A DNA stretch of 64,000 nucleotides, from NCBI RefSeq assembly GCF_009914755.1, contig NC_060937.1; one strand, written 5' to 3'. Shown piece after piece: positions 27,927-41,639 of the stretch. The stretch's first letter is position 1. Each line of letters starts with the position of its first letter. This DNA is from the human T2T-CHM13v2.0 reference genome, Homo sapiens. The position numbers and the translations under genes are program-made. The notes beneath the pieces were generated by a model, which saw only the letters and a list, made by a program, of their open reading frames with translations, was not told the origin of the DNA and searched no databases.

Positions 27927-28328
27927 CAGTTGACCCTTGAACAACTCAGGCATTGGGCCACCAACCCTTGTACAGTCAAAAATCCACATATAACTTTTGA
28001 GTCCCCCAAAACTGATAAAATGGACAATTAATACATATTTTTTAGTTACATGTGTCATGTACTATATTCTTACAATAAAGGAAGCTAGAGAAAAGATCAT
28101 TTTCATGTTATTAAGAAAATCATAAGGAAAAGGAAATATATGTACTATTCATTAAGTAGAAGTGAATTATCACAAAGATCTCCATCCTTCTTTTCTTCAT
28201 GTTGTTTAGGCTGAGGAGGAAGAAAAAGAGGAGTTTGTCTTGCTGTCTTGGGGGTGACAGAGGCAGAAAAAAATTTGCAGGTAAGTGGATCCTTGCAATG
28301 CAATAATGTGTTGTTAAAAAGTCAGCTG
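27927..28328 (-). mobile_element. Tigger2a/MER28-type TcMar-Tigger element
   Basis: TIRs CAGTTGACCCTTGAACAAC ... GTTGTTAAAAAGTCAGCTG with TA target duplications on both sides. Confidence 0.85.
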
Positions 28329-28699
28329 TAGTACTACACTGTTCATCTACTCCACTATCTTACCTTTCATTGGCTATAAACATTTTGAAAAATTCTAAAT
28401 AAAATACCCTAGGTGAGTCCTTAATGTTAACACAGAAAATCCTAGAGGATTTAAAGTGATTAGGAGCAGTATAAATTGCCTTTTAGAATTTAATTAAAGA
28501 AATTTCTCAATATTTAAACAAAATCTTAGTGAAATGTGTTCACATCTCACAAAACTCATTACTTACACAAAATTATGTTCTTATTCAAAATGCAATGAGA
28601 TTATGCCTCCTTGGTGTTTGCAATTTAGTTAAAAACAAAAGAAATTTCCACTTTGCTCATATCTTTCCATGTCTTTTTAAGCAATATTTATCATTTTTT

Positions 28700-28846
28700 C
28701 TTTTACACATATTTATTTTTATTTACTTTTTATTGTATATATTTAGAATGTGCAGTATGATGTTTTAATATAGATATAAATAGTGAAATGATAACTATAT
28801 TTTGGTAAGCCAATAAATATGTCCATCACTTTCCATAGTTTCGTGT

Positions 28847-28882
<36 letters not shown>

Positions 28883-29140
28883 TAAGAGCACCAAAACTTA
28901 CTCTCTCGGCACATTTTCTATATACAATACAACATAATTAACTATAGTTCTCCTGCCATACATAAGATCTCCAGATTATTTATCTTATGTAATTGTAAGT
29001 TTGCACCCTTTGAACTACTTCTTCCTATTTCCCTCCCCTCCCCACCCTGGTAGCCGCCATTCTACTTTGTTTTTATATAGTCAATTTTTTTCTTTAGATT
29101 CCATATGCAAGTGAGATCATGTAGTATTTTTCTTCTGTGT
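28700..29140 (-). mobile_element. L1MA-type 3' UTR with internal (TG)n at about 28843-28880
   Basis: ...TTAGATTCCATATGCAAGTGAGATCATGTAGTATTTTTCTTCTGTGTC and the upstream L1MA 3' UTR pattern. Confidence 0.75.
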
Positions 29141-29341
29141 CACTTCTTTTTTATGCATAGACTTTTTCAGTTCACAGTTCTTCCCTTTTTGCTTTGAATT
29201 GCATGCTTTCCATGATTCTTGCCACTCTTTGAGGCAAAACACCATTTGGTAACATTACAATAACAAAGAAGTGCCATACATTTTTTTAAATGACCATACT
29301 ATCTTAAATATTTCAGCACAAGAAACATCATAGTAGGTCTT

Positions 29342-30033
29342 TGTTTAAGGAAAAACTCTCTCAAACCATGTTTTTCCTCTGCTCTCACACCAAAGCAAAA
29401 ACAATCATCAACACAGAGGAAGACTTCTGTAACCAAACATGTAGTGGTTTTTCCCAGACACCAAGCAGCGGACACAGGCTGGGTGTCCTCCAATTCAATT
29501 CTGGCACTGCCTGGAGATAGAGTCAAAGGTTAAGGGCTCAGTCTTCTTAACCTGACAACAATCGAAAGTCAGGGCCTCAGGAACTTGTGACAGACTGGCT
29601 TCAAGTTGGGGTTTCCATGAGTCCCTCAGTGGGTTTGATTAATTTGCTGGAATGGCTTACAGAACTCAGGGAAACACTTAAGTTTACTGGTTTATTACAA
29701 AGGATATTGCAAAGTATACAGATGAAGAAATGCATAGGGTGAGGTATGCTGGAAGAGATGTGCCCTCCTTCAGGAGGCTCCACATGTTTAGCTCTCCAGA
29801 TGCTCTCCAGAAGACTCTATCTAAGATTATGAACCACAATCAGAAAGTCTTGTAAAGATTAGAGTCCTTCCTTGGAGTAGGTGAAAGAAGGGCAGGAGAA
29901 GGCCAGAGAGATTCTGTTTTCTGAGGCCTTCTCCTGAGGCCTGTCATACCCATATTATAACAAAATATTGTAACAAGAGGTGTGGGAGTTATGAGCCAGG
30001 AACTAAGAATGAAAGCTTACATATATAAACCAC
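29342..30033 (-). mobile_element. MER21-family solo LTR
   Basis: TG...CA termini; GGCTGGGTGTCCTCCAATTCAATTCTG, GGTTAAGGGCTCAGTC, CAGAACTCAGGGAAACACTTA, GGGAGTTATGAGCCAGGAAC. Confidence 0.8.
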
Positions 30034-30963
30034 ACTCTCCAACCAGATAACTATATAATTGGATCGATGTAAATTATTCACACCTTACTATTTATTAAAA
30101 TGCATTCACTTGTGTACCTTTTACATGACAGTATTATTATCTGGAGAGCATAAAAGTAAGAATAAAGATTTAAATTTTATTTTCACAGCAATTTAGAATT
30201 ATTACCTGTATAAGTGTAATATCGAATATCAATAATTTGTGTTTTAGGATTTTATAGCACACATAAACTTTTTGCTTTTTATTATAATATCTTCCTCATT
30301 CTAATCTCTGCCTTTGAACTGTGGAATTATGTTAACAAGTTCTCTTCCTGAGCTTTCCAAAAGAAGTAGAGAGTTTCATATAATGGTCTAACACACTTAT
30401 TTAATAAAAGTAGAAACTGCATTTTTTGAGACTTTTAATGCTTGTCTTTGTAATATAGATTTCCAAGTAGACAAATATATTATGGATACTTGCTTTTATG
30501 TAGAGAGATAGGTTGAAGCCTCAATTTTGTTCATTCAGTATGGCAACATGGCATAAGCTGGGTATTTTTATAACTTAAATTAGTCCAAATAAATATTGTA
30601 TTCATATGTAAGCATTAACGTCTAAGAGTGATAAAGATGCCTGCCTATTCTCACCCTTTCCCCTTTGTGATCACAGCACTTTAATTGCCACTGAGGATTG
30701 AGAGGAGTTCTGTGTGTTCACAGACATTGACAGCTCTATAATGAAGATATGTTAATAATAAAATGGCAAGGCTTTCAGGGCTGTATATATTATGAAAAGG
30801 TTAATGAGTAGTGCTACCCACAGCGCCCTGTTTAGCTGACTTTGAAATTTTATTGATGAGAAAACTTTTGAGTTTTTCCTCCTGAAGAATATGTTGGCCG
30901 ATGATTCTTATTAACTTCACGAGGGAATGCACACATTTGCGTCTTTTTTTTGTTAATCCAAAT

Positions 30964-31350
30964 TGCATTAGTCTGCTAGCACTGCCATAACCAAATACCA
31001 CAGACTGGGTGGCTTAAACAACAGAGCTTTATTTTCTTACAGTTTTTGAGGCTAGACCTTATGAAATAAAGGTGCCAACATGGTTAGGTCCTGGTGAGAA
31101 CTCTCTGCATTGCAAAAAGTCACCTTTTTTTATTGTTTGCTCACATGATTCACATGTGCATGGAAAGAGAGAAAGCTCTCTGATGTCTCTTCCTACAAGG
31201 GCACCAGTCTCACCATGGGGACCCCATCATTGTGACCTCATGTAACTCTACTTTCTAAATTATTATCTCCAAATACCACTGTGTTGGGAGGTAGAGCTTC
31301 AATACATGAACTTATTTAGGGGGCAGGGCTACAAGCATTCAGTCCATAGT
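30964..31350 (-). mobile_element. MLT1A-type MaLR solo LTR
   Basis: CTGCCATAACCAAATACCACAGACTGGGTGGCTTAAACAACAGA ... CATTCAGTCCATAG. Confidence 0.85.
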
Positions 31351-31471
31351 GCAAATAATTTTTAAATTGTGGAAATAAGAATTATGATTTCAAAATATTT
31401 ATATTTTCTAGTGGCTAACCTACTTGTTGTTAGATTAAAAAAAAAGAAAAAGAAAAAAAGAAAAAAAAACT

Positions 31472-32015
31472 TAGAGGCCAAGGAAAAGCTTCCCCTTTGC
31501 TCTCTGAAGTTTTGCTGAAAAGTCAACTCACAAAAAGAGATCAACAGGACAAGTGACATAGAAATGTATTAACATGCACACAGGGCCAAAACGTAGAGTG
31601 TTTTCCCCCACCACCTAACGGGGTCTAGAAGTTTATAGACCATTCTGAGGTTACAGGAAGAATGGGGGCTTAGAGTGTGGCAAAACAGGTTCTGCTGGGA
31701 GGGGGAAAAGTGGAGACCTGGCTAGTAAAGGTGGTCTTGTTACATAGGTGAAACTTCACAAGTAGCAGCCCTCAGAGAGAATACATATGTCTCTTTCAGA
31801 CATTTAAAGGTGTCAGACTCTAGATTAATCTTTTCTAGATCAGGACAAGGGAGGGCCTCAGATAAAGCCTAGCTGCATCAATGCAGATTTTCTCTACTGA
31901 TAGAAATCTTCCCCACAAAAGACTACTTTAAGTGGCTACTTAGGTTTGCAGGCTCTCTGAACAGCCATCTCAAAATATGCCAAGGTGTATCTGGGAGTGA
32001 TACATTCTGTTTTCG
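31472..32015 (-). mobile_element. MER34/MER39-family ERV1 solo LTR
   Basis: GGCCAAGGAAAAGCTTCCCCTTTGCTCTCTGAAG...TAGCAGCCCTCAGAGAGAATA...CAGCCATCTCAAAATATG. Confidence 0.7.
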
Positions 32016-32769
32016 GGGTTTTTTTTTTCAAAAACTAGGGGAGAATTTTTGCTATTCTTGCTATATTCTGTTGTATTTTTTTTCTTCTTCCCCTTATATA
32101 AAGGCTGAAAAGCAATGACTAATAAAGATAATGTTAATAAAACAATAATAAAAATAAAAATTTGTATTCTTGGTCACAGCAACAGAAATAGGCTCTGGCT
32201 ATTTTAAGCAAAAGTTTTATGTATTGGATGTATATTGAGGGACCACGAATTGATTGTAGGCTGGAACTGCACAAAAATGAAACTATCAGAACACTTAGCA
32301 ACAGGAAAATGTTCCCAGAAAATTTCTAGAATTTCTAACTTCACTAAACATTGTTGCTATTGCCAGTATCAACAAATTTAGACTTTATTTTTATTCTTGC
32401 ACCAAAATTTCTAGATTCAAACTTTCAGATCTGAGAATTTGATTGACTTAGCTTCACCACTTCAAGCTTCTGATTTAGGAGCTAAGTTATTACCGTCCAC
32501 AATATGGGATTGGAATCTATTGAGAAAGAGGTTGTTTTAAGCCAAATAGCAAAAGTGGCAAGTGATCACTATATTTTATTACTTTTGCTGCTCAAAACCA
32601 AAATTCTCTTTTCTGTCCATTTTTATATGTCTAAGTAATATAATAATATATCTATCCTTGTGAAGATATTATTTTACCTAACAGAAAAGAACATTAAATA
32701 TTATCCATACTCATCTAGTTCTAATTAGAAGAACTTTGGGTAGCATTCTGAAGATTCATTGTTAAGAAA

Positions 32770-33700
32770 TTGAGATGTTTTAGCAGTTTAAATTTTACCA
32801 AAGTAAATGGAAAATACAAAGAGTTTTGTCTATACTCTGTCATCTCCATGCCTCCCACACCCAGTTAACCTTATTCTTAATATTTTGCATTAGAGTGGTA
32901 TATTTGTTACAATTGGTAAGTTGATATTGGTACAATATCATGAACTAAAGTAGATGGTAACATTATGACTCATTCTTTCTACAATACATTCTATGGGTTT
33001 TGACAAATGTATATATCAGTATCATATACAATAGTTTCACAGCCTTACAAATTCCCTGTGCTCCAGTCATTCATCTCGCCCTGTTTCTCCCCAAATCTGT
33101 TAAAATCACTGATTAATTTTCACTACTCCCACAATGTTGTCTTTTTCAGAATGTGACACATTTGAAATCATACAGCAGATAGCACTTTCAGATTGGTTTC
33201 TTTCACTTAGCAATATGAATTTAAGCTTTCTTCATGCCTTTTCAAGACACAATAGCTCATTTATTTTTATTGCTGAATAATATTCCATTGTATGGATGTA
33301 CCACAATTTCTTATCCATTCCATATTGAAAGACATCTTGATTGCTTTCAAGTTTTGGCAATTATGAATAAAGTTGCTATAGATATTCAGGTTTATGTTTG
33401 TACATGTTTTCAACTCATTTGGGTAAATACCAAGGAGCATGAATGCTAGTTCATATAGTAAGAGTATGTTTAGTTTTGTAGGAAATTTCCAAATTGTTGT
33501 CCAAAGTGGCTGTACAATTTTGCATTCTGACCTGTAACAAAGAAGTATTCCTGTTGTTCTACATCCAAATCAGCACTGGGTATTATCAGCGTTTTGGATT
33601 CTACCTTTTCTAATAAATGTGTAGTGATATCCCATGGTTGTTTTAATTTGCAATTCCCTAATGAAATTGTATTATCTTTTTATATGCTTATTTGAAGATT
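32770..33700 (-). mobile_element. L1MC/MD-type 3' end
   Basis: GAGTGGTATATTTGTTACAATTG...; TTGCTGAATAATATTCCATTGTATGGATGTACCACA; GTTTTAATTTGCAATTCCCTAATGA. Confidence 0.8.
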
Positions 33701-34082
33701 TGTTTTTATCATTTCACTTATAACTAAATTGTGCTAATCTGCAAATTATGAAGTCAATGTTAAAGTTGTCCATGATAAACACTGTATGTATAATTGTTCC
33801 AAAACAAGGAGGAAATATTACAAAGCTGGAAATATAATTAACTCCACTATTTTTCTTCTACCAACTCCTCATGTTTACATATCAGCATTTATTTATTTAT
33901 TATTATTATTTATTACGGCCCCTGAGAATTTACTCACATAATTGGGATTCCTTACCCAGTGGGTAATTCAAACCCTTATTTTAATGGTTGTGTTTTTTAT
34001 TGTTATCCCTTTTGAAGGATATATTATCTGTTGTGATATTTAGAACTAAAAATGGGAATATGAGGAAGAAAATGAGACCTGG

Positions 34083-34412
34083 TGTTGCAGGACTTTTCCT
34101 TAGTTCAGCTAAAGACAGGGTTCTTGCCCATCCCATGGCCATGAAAATTTAAGCTCTCAGATAGCTTAAAGGGTGAGTAAAGCAGGATTTTATTGGGTGA
34201 AAAGAGAAAAAAAGGGGGGAACAGGGACTCTCGCAAGGCCAGAGTCCCTCCACTAGAGCACTTCCCACTGGGCAGTTTGAATCCTAGTTTCCACCCAGGA
34301 AGAGGGGCCAGGGTCCTCCCTGCTGCAAACATCATGAACTTCCCGAGGCTCTACTCCAGTGAGCAGGCTGACTGGAGCTTCTTCAGGGACCCCCTCCTAC
34401 CTGGCTGTCTCC
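34083..34412 (-). mobile_element. MER61-type ERV1 LTR (3' LTR of a truncated provirus)
   Basis: TGTTGCAGGACTTTTCCTTAGTTCAGCTAAAGAC...GGCTGTCTC; antisense AATAAA at about 34187; polypurine tract (reads TTCCCCCA on +) immediately adjacent. Confidence 0.75.
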
Positions 34413-36835
34413 TTCCCCCATCTAAAGAAGTACATCTAACTGCTCTTAGATTAAGGATAAGGGCCAAGACCTATCTTAGCTGCTTCCTGCTGATAGGGGC
34501 TGCTGTTTTGAGGAAACAGCAGTCAGAACTCCCTCAGGGGCCTATCTAAGGGTTCCCAGCAGATGGGGCCATTGTCAGAGGCTCTGATTGCATGACTGTT
34601 TGGAGTTTGATGGCCTGAAGGCAAGAACAGACACAGGGTTACTACAAAACTTGTATCAAAATGAAACAAAGGGAGAGGTAAGGACAGCTCAAAAATTCTG
34701 AGGTCTTTTACCAGTTTGTACAGGGAGAAGGAGGCCAAAAGCCCGACTAGCAAAAAGGAAACTTTACCCTTTTGCTGGCATGTTGGGCTTCTGGGTTCCC
34801 TTCCCTGGAGCCCAGTCCTAAGTCAACCAGTTTAAGATTTGGGAAATTAACTCCTTCCAGTTTGGAGGATGCATCTGAGGGGAGTGTCCTGTAGTACAAA
34901 GACACAATTACCTATCGGTGAAGAGAGAACTGAGGAGAAGAAAGGAAAAAGCAAGCATTTTTTAAAGGAGTCCAAAGGGTTTAGGATACATTCGAAAGGG
35001 GTACAGACTGAAGATGATGGCTACCCATCTAGCAAGAGGTAAGCAGGTGTCCCTGGTTCCCTTCTCTTCCTAGCAGATACCGGGGTACATGAGGGAGAGA
35101 GAGAAGAGCATCCTCTTCCCCTCTTCCATCCTTGTATTCCCCAGTTTCGGCAACCTCAGCAGGTGCCACCATGCGCGTCAAAGTGGCTTGCACCCATGAA
35201 GCAGGGATAGCCTAGAGAATATGAATTATTTGCTCTCACCTCTGTCTCTTTCCCACCTACTGTCAGTGGCCTTCAAGTTTCCTAGACCTCATTTATGCCA
35301 TGGATATTAAGGTGACCTTTATCCATGAAACAGGAAGCTTGGGGTTGGCTTAATTGGCAGTAATCAGCCACACTGGCCTACACTGTGCCTTTTAACCTCT
35401 GTTGCTGTCTTCCTCTGGATCCCTTGGATCCATTTTTCTTTCTAGGGCTTTGATCCAAGGCTTGGAATTGAGTCTGGGACAAAAAATGTATCTCAGGGGG
35501 TTTGCATGGACTCCTTATTATAAGCTGAATGCTAAGGTGAAACTGTGGAACTGAACCCTCCTCCAACAAGGGAGAGGAAAGGATGTCTTGTGACTATACC
35601 CAGATAAGTGGTGGCTATAGTCATGCTTGCTACGATTTGGGTGCATGGTGCTTGGCTTTGGTTAGCTCCCTTGGTCTTACTTTCCCAACAGTAAAACTCT
35701 GAATGATAGGCATCCTATTGATTCCCATCACCTGGGAAGAATTTGCAGGATAATTGCTTGGAACCAGAATATTAATCCAGATTTTTACATTACCCATCTC
35801 TCATGTTTTTGTTGAGATGCAGCCACAGATTGCTGATTGGTTAACAGTAACAAGCAGGGTTAGTCTAAAACCAGGTGAAAAATTAAAACAACTAATGAGT
35901 TTAGAACTTAATGACAGATATATGATAAGTTTTGAAACATAATTTCTCTCTCCCCAGTGCTCAGTTTTGTTAAAAAAAAAAATCATCATTGGACTGAGTG
36001 GGTTGCAAAATGGACTTTAGTCTTATAATTGGCCAGATTATTTGCATAAAGTACACCATGAATAATTTTTTCTCCGTAGGCCTTTTATATTGGCTTTGAT
36101 GGAAGACTGTTGCACAAGGAATCTCAAATAAGACCTTTTAAAGCCAAGCCCAACCATGGGTTTCTATCCTCAAACACCTGTGAGTTGGGTGACTCTCCCC
36201 TTCTCTCCTCTTAAGGTCCCAAGATAAACTTGGATCCCTTAAGCCTGTTAGAAAGTGACATTTTTTACTAACCACAGGTCAGGAACCCTGTACAGGAACT
36301 GCATACATGAGGGTGTGAGGCCAGTTTCCCCCGTGGGGCTTTTACTGGCTCTGCAAGTTCAGATTAACTCCTTAAAAAAAAGCATATCCTTCCTGTCAAA
36401 GCCTTGGTAAAACAACCACTTTCTTCAATTGTGTTCTGTTGCAAAAGAAAAATGGATTCTTACTGTACTGATGCAAACAACTATATTGCCATGAGAATAC
36501 TCACAGATAGTTTCTAAATTTTAGAGGAACCAGGCAGAGAGAAACAAACATGCTTCAAATTTTGATCATAGGGAGTATATCTTACTCAATTATTAAAGTC
36601 TGTAAATAGTTCAAAGTAAGTTTCCTTGACTCTGAAAAACAAAACAAAGATCAGCAATATTCCAAGCAAAAGTCAAAAAGATTTGCTTCAGCTTTCTGAG
36701 TTCAGTCCACTTAATTAACTCTTTTTTTGCTTGATATTCATGAAATTTTCTGCTCTTCATGAGTCCTGTACATTTTCCTTTATTACAATGTTACAATCTC
36801 TAAAGTTGGCACAAATCTGTATTTGAGAGTACCTG
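34413..36835 (-). mobile_element. ERV1 internal region (MER61/MER52/HUERS-like), 3' portion only, non-coding
   Basis: Adjoins the PPT, contains an env-tail remnant and shares blocks with the internal segment at 57893-58480; no second LTR seen. Confidence 0.7.
34523..34635 (-). pseudogene. Frameshifted remnant of a retroviral env TM cytoplasmic tail
   Basis: Minus-strand translation SCLQAIKLQTVMQSEPLTMA, then by frameshift PICWEPLDRPLREF*; resembles class I ERV (HERV-W/9-like) ..AIKLQ..MEP...GPLDRP tails. Confidence 0.65.
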
Positions 36836-38502
36836 TCATATATATGTGTGTACATGTACTTTTTCAAAATTTAAAAATTTATACTCTGGTTGATAAAAAT
36901 ATAGACATAAGAAGAGATAAATCGAAATAAGTTTTTTCACTCAGAATTTTTAAATATACATTCTGAGAGGTTTTTTTTTACTGAAAAGAAAAATAAAATT
37001 TTCACTTATAACACTTGGTATATTTTTCAAAATTAAGATTTGAGAAAGTAAGAATTTTGTTAATTTGCTCAATAGAGAAACAAGATATATTGATAAATAA
37101 ATGAGTGAATAAATACATAATTCAGATTCAACATATAGTCATTTACATGATTAGTGTTATTAGAAAAAATTGTTAGCAAATGTGTGGAACATTTTGGTGG
37201 TGAGGTTGCTAGCAGAAAAAGTAATATTTTACCTATAAAGCTCAGAACTGAAACTATTAATAATTTTAAATAATCACTTTTAGATTTGACAGGTAGGTGG
37301 CATGTGAATACAGTGGATAGCTAAAATATAGCCCAAATCTAAGGTAGTTAAAATTGCAACCAGTCTCTGGTTTCACAGTGAAATTTAAAAATTCTATATT
37401 CTCAGCCCCAGGGACATGTTAAATACCTATAAAATGATGGTAAATGTCAAATTCTCCAATATAACAAAATAGAAAAATCTTCTGAAATCACACCAAGACA
37501 ATATAAAGCAGGTTTCAGGCAACACATCCTGATGTATGCTTAATGTTTTGTAAAACCTGAAAGAAAAACTAGGAAATGAACCATCAGGACAACTTGCCAG
37601 CTCAGAGCTATTTACACCACAAACCTCAAAAGACAGGGCCAACGAAGAGTAACTCTGAGGCTATGTAGATTCACAGCAAATGGTGAATTATTATTGACAT
37701 AAAACCACTGTATACATGCTTTCTCCTTGTAATAGCAACAAAGTAATCACTTCAAGCAACAATGTTGATATAACTGCTTATTGAGAATTATCTTTGTGAT
37801 TGGTGATTTACATAAGTTGTTATATTTATTTAGCCCATACTCAACAGTAAAAAAAAAAGCATATCATGATTGAAGGCCAGGGAGGATGCAGAATATACTC
37901 CGGAAACTTGCACGCATGGGGCACCCACATACTCCCTCTACTGCAGGCATTATGTAGACCTTCTGCCTACTACCAGATGTTGGAAATGAATGCAGGTAGA
38001 GAAGATACAGGCCTGATAGACACTGTTCTATAATGATCCATGATCTTTTTTTAATGTTATTGCTTTGGTTTTTTTTTCAAATTATCCTGGTGCAATTAAA
38101 CCAGGGAAGAGTGATTTTTCCCATCAGACTCTATTCAACAATAATTTAATCAGAATGTTTTAGATTAATATTCTCATTATCTAGAGAAACTATTTTCTTT
38201 GTCCCAGATAAAAGGCAGTGAAAGAGTATTGATCTCAGGATGTCATCCAAGCAGAAATGGGCTAAGTTCTTCTCTGTGTTCCAATTACAAACCTAAGCTG
38301 GCTGCTAGAGTGCTCCATATCATTTCCTATCCTGCTTGTCCTGACGTAAGCACCTCTCTGGAACATCATGTTGCATAGAAATAAGTGGGTTTTGTTTTCC
38401 TGTTTATCTGTTGGTTTAATTTCTCATATGAAGTTATCATAAACATCAGTCTATTCATTATTCACCTACCATCATATTTTCTAAGGATGAAGCTTGATAA
38501 GA

Positions 38503-38543
<41 letters not shown>

Positions 38544-38552
38544 CAGACAGAC
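38503..38552. repeat. Compound (GATA)n(GACA)n tetranucleotide STR
   Basis: ATAGATAG... about 10 units followed by ACAGACAGAC. Confidence 0.95.
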
Positions 38553-38622
38553 TGTTCTGTTCCCAGCATTGACAGAATCAGGATCAGACTAGTCATCCCA
38601 ATATTAAAAAACCTTAACACTT

Positions 38623-39077
38623 ATTGACCTGAAGAAAGAAACTAAGGCAAAATTAATATAAGTAAAGAGTTTATTTGGGACAAATTTGAGGACTGCAACA
38701 TGGGAGACACAGGTTGATGTTATGCTCTGATTAACAGCAATTGCTAGTAGGTTTTAAATGAAAAAAGAAAGGACAGTTCCTAAATCGAACATAAACTATC
38801 AATTGGCTATACATCATTCTTTGTATTGCAAATTCCAGGAACATAAACATAATGGGTAAGACTCACATTGTACAACCTATGATGGAATTTTAAATAATTT
38901 ATCAGTTAGTCTAGAAACTCCGAGTAAGGGAAGAAATGTCTTTAAATAATTGCCCCAATTTCCCCAAGGGCATGAGTTGGGGGTAGGCGGTGAAGACTCC
39001 TTCTCTTGTTTTCTGGGCCTGAGAAATGTTGTATACCTCACATTTTTCAGACCGCTCTCAGCTACTTTTCTTTATCA
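38623..39077 (-). mobile_element. MER31-like ERV1 solo LTR
   Basis: GAAACTAAGGCAAAATTAATATAAGTAAAGAGTTTATTTGGGACAAATTTGAGGACTGCAAC...; ends CTACTTTTCTTTATCA. Confidence 0.55.
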
Positions 39078-39806
39078 TAGTGTATGAAATACATAAGTTA
39101 ATTCATTTTAAGCCTTGTAGAGGAGATAACCTCGAAGATTTTGGTCCTTAGGGATTAAAAATTCATAAATCAAGGCCCATGGTCATACCAGGTCTCCCTG
39201 GACACAGCTTCCTGACCACAGTGCAGTGAGCTGGAAACTAATGAGAGCATGACAGTACCACCAAGCTAAAAAAAGCAGTTATCAGTGATTGGGGAAGCTG
39301 AAGTAACCAGACTGCATGGGGCAGGTCACCAGAGAGAAATCAGCCCCATGGGGGTGGAAACAATCTACCTAGAAGTTAACCATGAGACCTTGACCTAAGA
39401 CTGGGCTTCCAATATGGAGAACAAGAGTACAAAAGGTTTATCAGACAGCAGCTGCTAGAAATTTGAGAGGAAAACAAAGATAACTGAGATTAAGCAATGC
39501 TGGCAAATATTTAAGATCTGTCACTACTCAAGTACGCAAATTTGTAACATTTTTGTCACTCCAGTACTGAAACTGAGATGCAGCATGTAGCACCTTCTTC
39601 TCTAGACCTGCCCTAAGGAAGTCTAAATACAAGTTTTGAGAAGAACTGATGGGCACACAGTTTGGAAGTTGACAGTCTCACCATGTTACAGGGTCATGGA
39701 AAACATCATGAGCTTTATAGACACGTCTGCCCTATTTTTGTAAACCAAATCTACTCAAGTTCATAGTGATTAAAAGTAGATGACACATCTAACACTTTCT
39801 AGATGA

Positions 39807-40565
39807 ATGTAACAGAGCACAGAGTTTCTACATATATTATTAGTAATGTTTAGTATACAAACAATCATTCTATTCATGTAAATTAATATAAATATGTGAC
39901 CCAGTCTCATGAACAATGCAAAGTCAGAGATAACCAGGTCAACACATTTGTGTCTTTCCACAATGTTGGACTTTTACTGATGCTATTTCCATCATAAAAG
40001 CCACATGCTATTTGGAGTTCCCAAGGAGGCAATTCCCCTTAGTACTTCCCATTCACTTGGTACTCAGAGCCAAGGGTGCATAAGCCCAAGCCTTTCCACA
40101 AGTCAATCAATATTGCAAACCATACATAATAGTACATTTAATTAATATGTAAATGTTATAGATTATTTTACAAACAAACAAAGTTACATTTAACATCAAG
40201 GGAAGAACAGACAGAAAGATGGGTTAACAAATCAGACCAGAGAGAGTGATGAAGAGAAAAAAAAATGTCCTGGTCTAGGCCAGGCAGTCCCTGGGTCTTG
40301 CATGGAAGAGACTTTGATGTGGGCAGAGCCTTCAGTGGCAGATGTTGGTGCTGTTGAAGCCCTATTATCTTTATGGTCACAGAGTCCTCTGATGAGGACT
40401 GATAGTAGAAAAATGTGCTTGTTTATGTCCTTATCTGGTTGGATGCACTCTTTTTAATTATTTTATTAAGCAAAACACTTTATCCTTCTTGGCAAAGTAC
40501 CCTATGAAGTAAAAGATGGAGTCTCTTTCTAAGGTGGGTTACTTATGTAACAGGTGCTCTATATA
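39807..40565 (-). mobile_element. ERV1 solo LTR (MER49-like) inserted in an old L1 5' region
   Basis: Begins TGTAAC; ends AAGATGGAGTCTCTTTCTAAGGTGGGTTACTTATGT...GGTGCTCT (antisense ACTCCATCTT motif of MER4-group LTR starts). Confidence 0.55.
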
Positions 40566-40569
40566 CCCA

Positions 40570-41603
40570 GACTCGAATCAATCAGTCAGTCTATAAAAAA
40601 CTGCCCCCAAAATGGTTAATTGTTTCCTTTAGGAAACAAAGATGTTAAATAAGTAATTATAAACATGTTAAAATAAATAAAGGGAGTATATCATAATGAC
40701 TGGATAGAATCTTAGCAGATAAATGGGAAGAACAGGAAAAGAAAAAATCTGTGACCTTAAATAATGGTGAGTAGACATTTTCCTATATGTAAAGCAGAAT
40801 GGGGTGAAAAAGGTTGAAGAAAAATGAATGGAGGTTTAGGAAGCTATGGGCCAATTAAACAGTCTAAATAAAGGTAATAAGAGGATGTATCTGAAGGAGG
40901 ACAGAATAAAGATAGAAACATACAGACAAAACATTGAATATGTTAATGGCTGAGAAATACCAAGTTTGATCAAACTCTCCAATTATATATCTAATAACTT
41001 CAGAAAAACCTGAACAAGATAAATACAAAGTCAATCACAGTTTGTCACATCATGATCAAACAGGCAAAAATGAAGAGAAAATCTCAAAAATGTGAAAAGA
41101 GAAATGACGCATTTTATGCAGTGTATTAAAGATAAGAACGACAGCTGACCATATTAGAAACAATTGGGGTCAGAATATAGTACAGAAGATAACAGTTAAC
41201 AGAAAAGAAAGCCAGTCCCTCAATTTTCGACATTCAGTATAAGAATATCCTTCAAAATACATGTTCAGGGGCCGGGCTCAAGGAGGGTGTCTCATGCCTG
41301 TAATCCCAGCACTTTGGGAGGCCAAGGCGGTGGATCATTTGAGGTCAGGAATTCAAGACCAGCCTGGCCAACATGATGAAACCCCATCTCTACTAAAAAC
41401 ACAAAAATTAGCTGGGTGGTAGTGGTGTGGACCTGTAATCCCAGCTACTTGAGAGGCTGAGGCAGGAGAACCGCTTGAGGTGGAGGTTGTGGTGAGCCGA
41501 GATCGTGCCACTACACTCCAGTTTGAGTGACAGAGTGAGACCCTGTCTAAATATATATATGTGTGTATATATATACGTATATATTTATATATACGTGTGT
41601 GTG

Positions 41604-41639
<36 letters not shown>

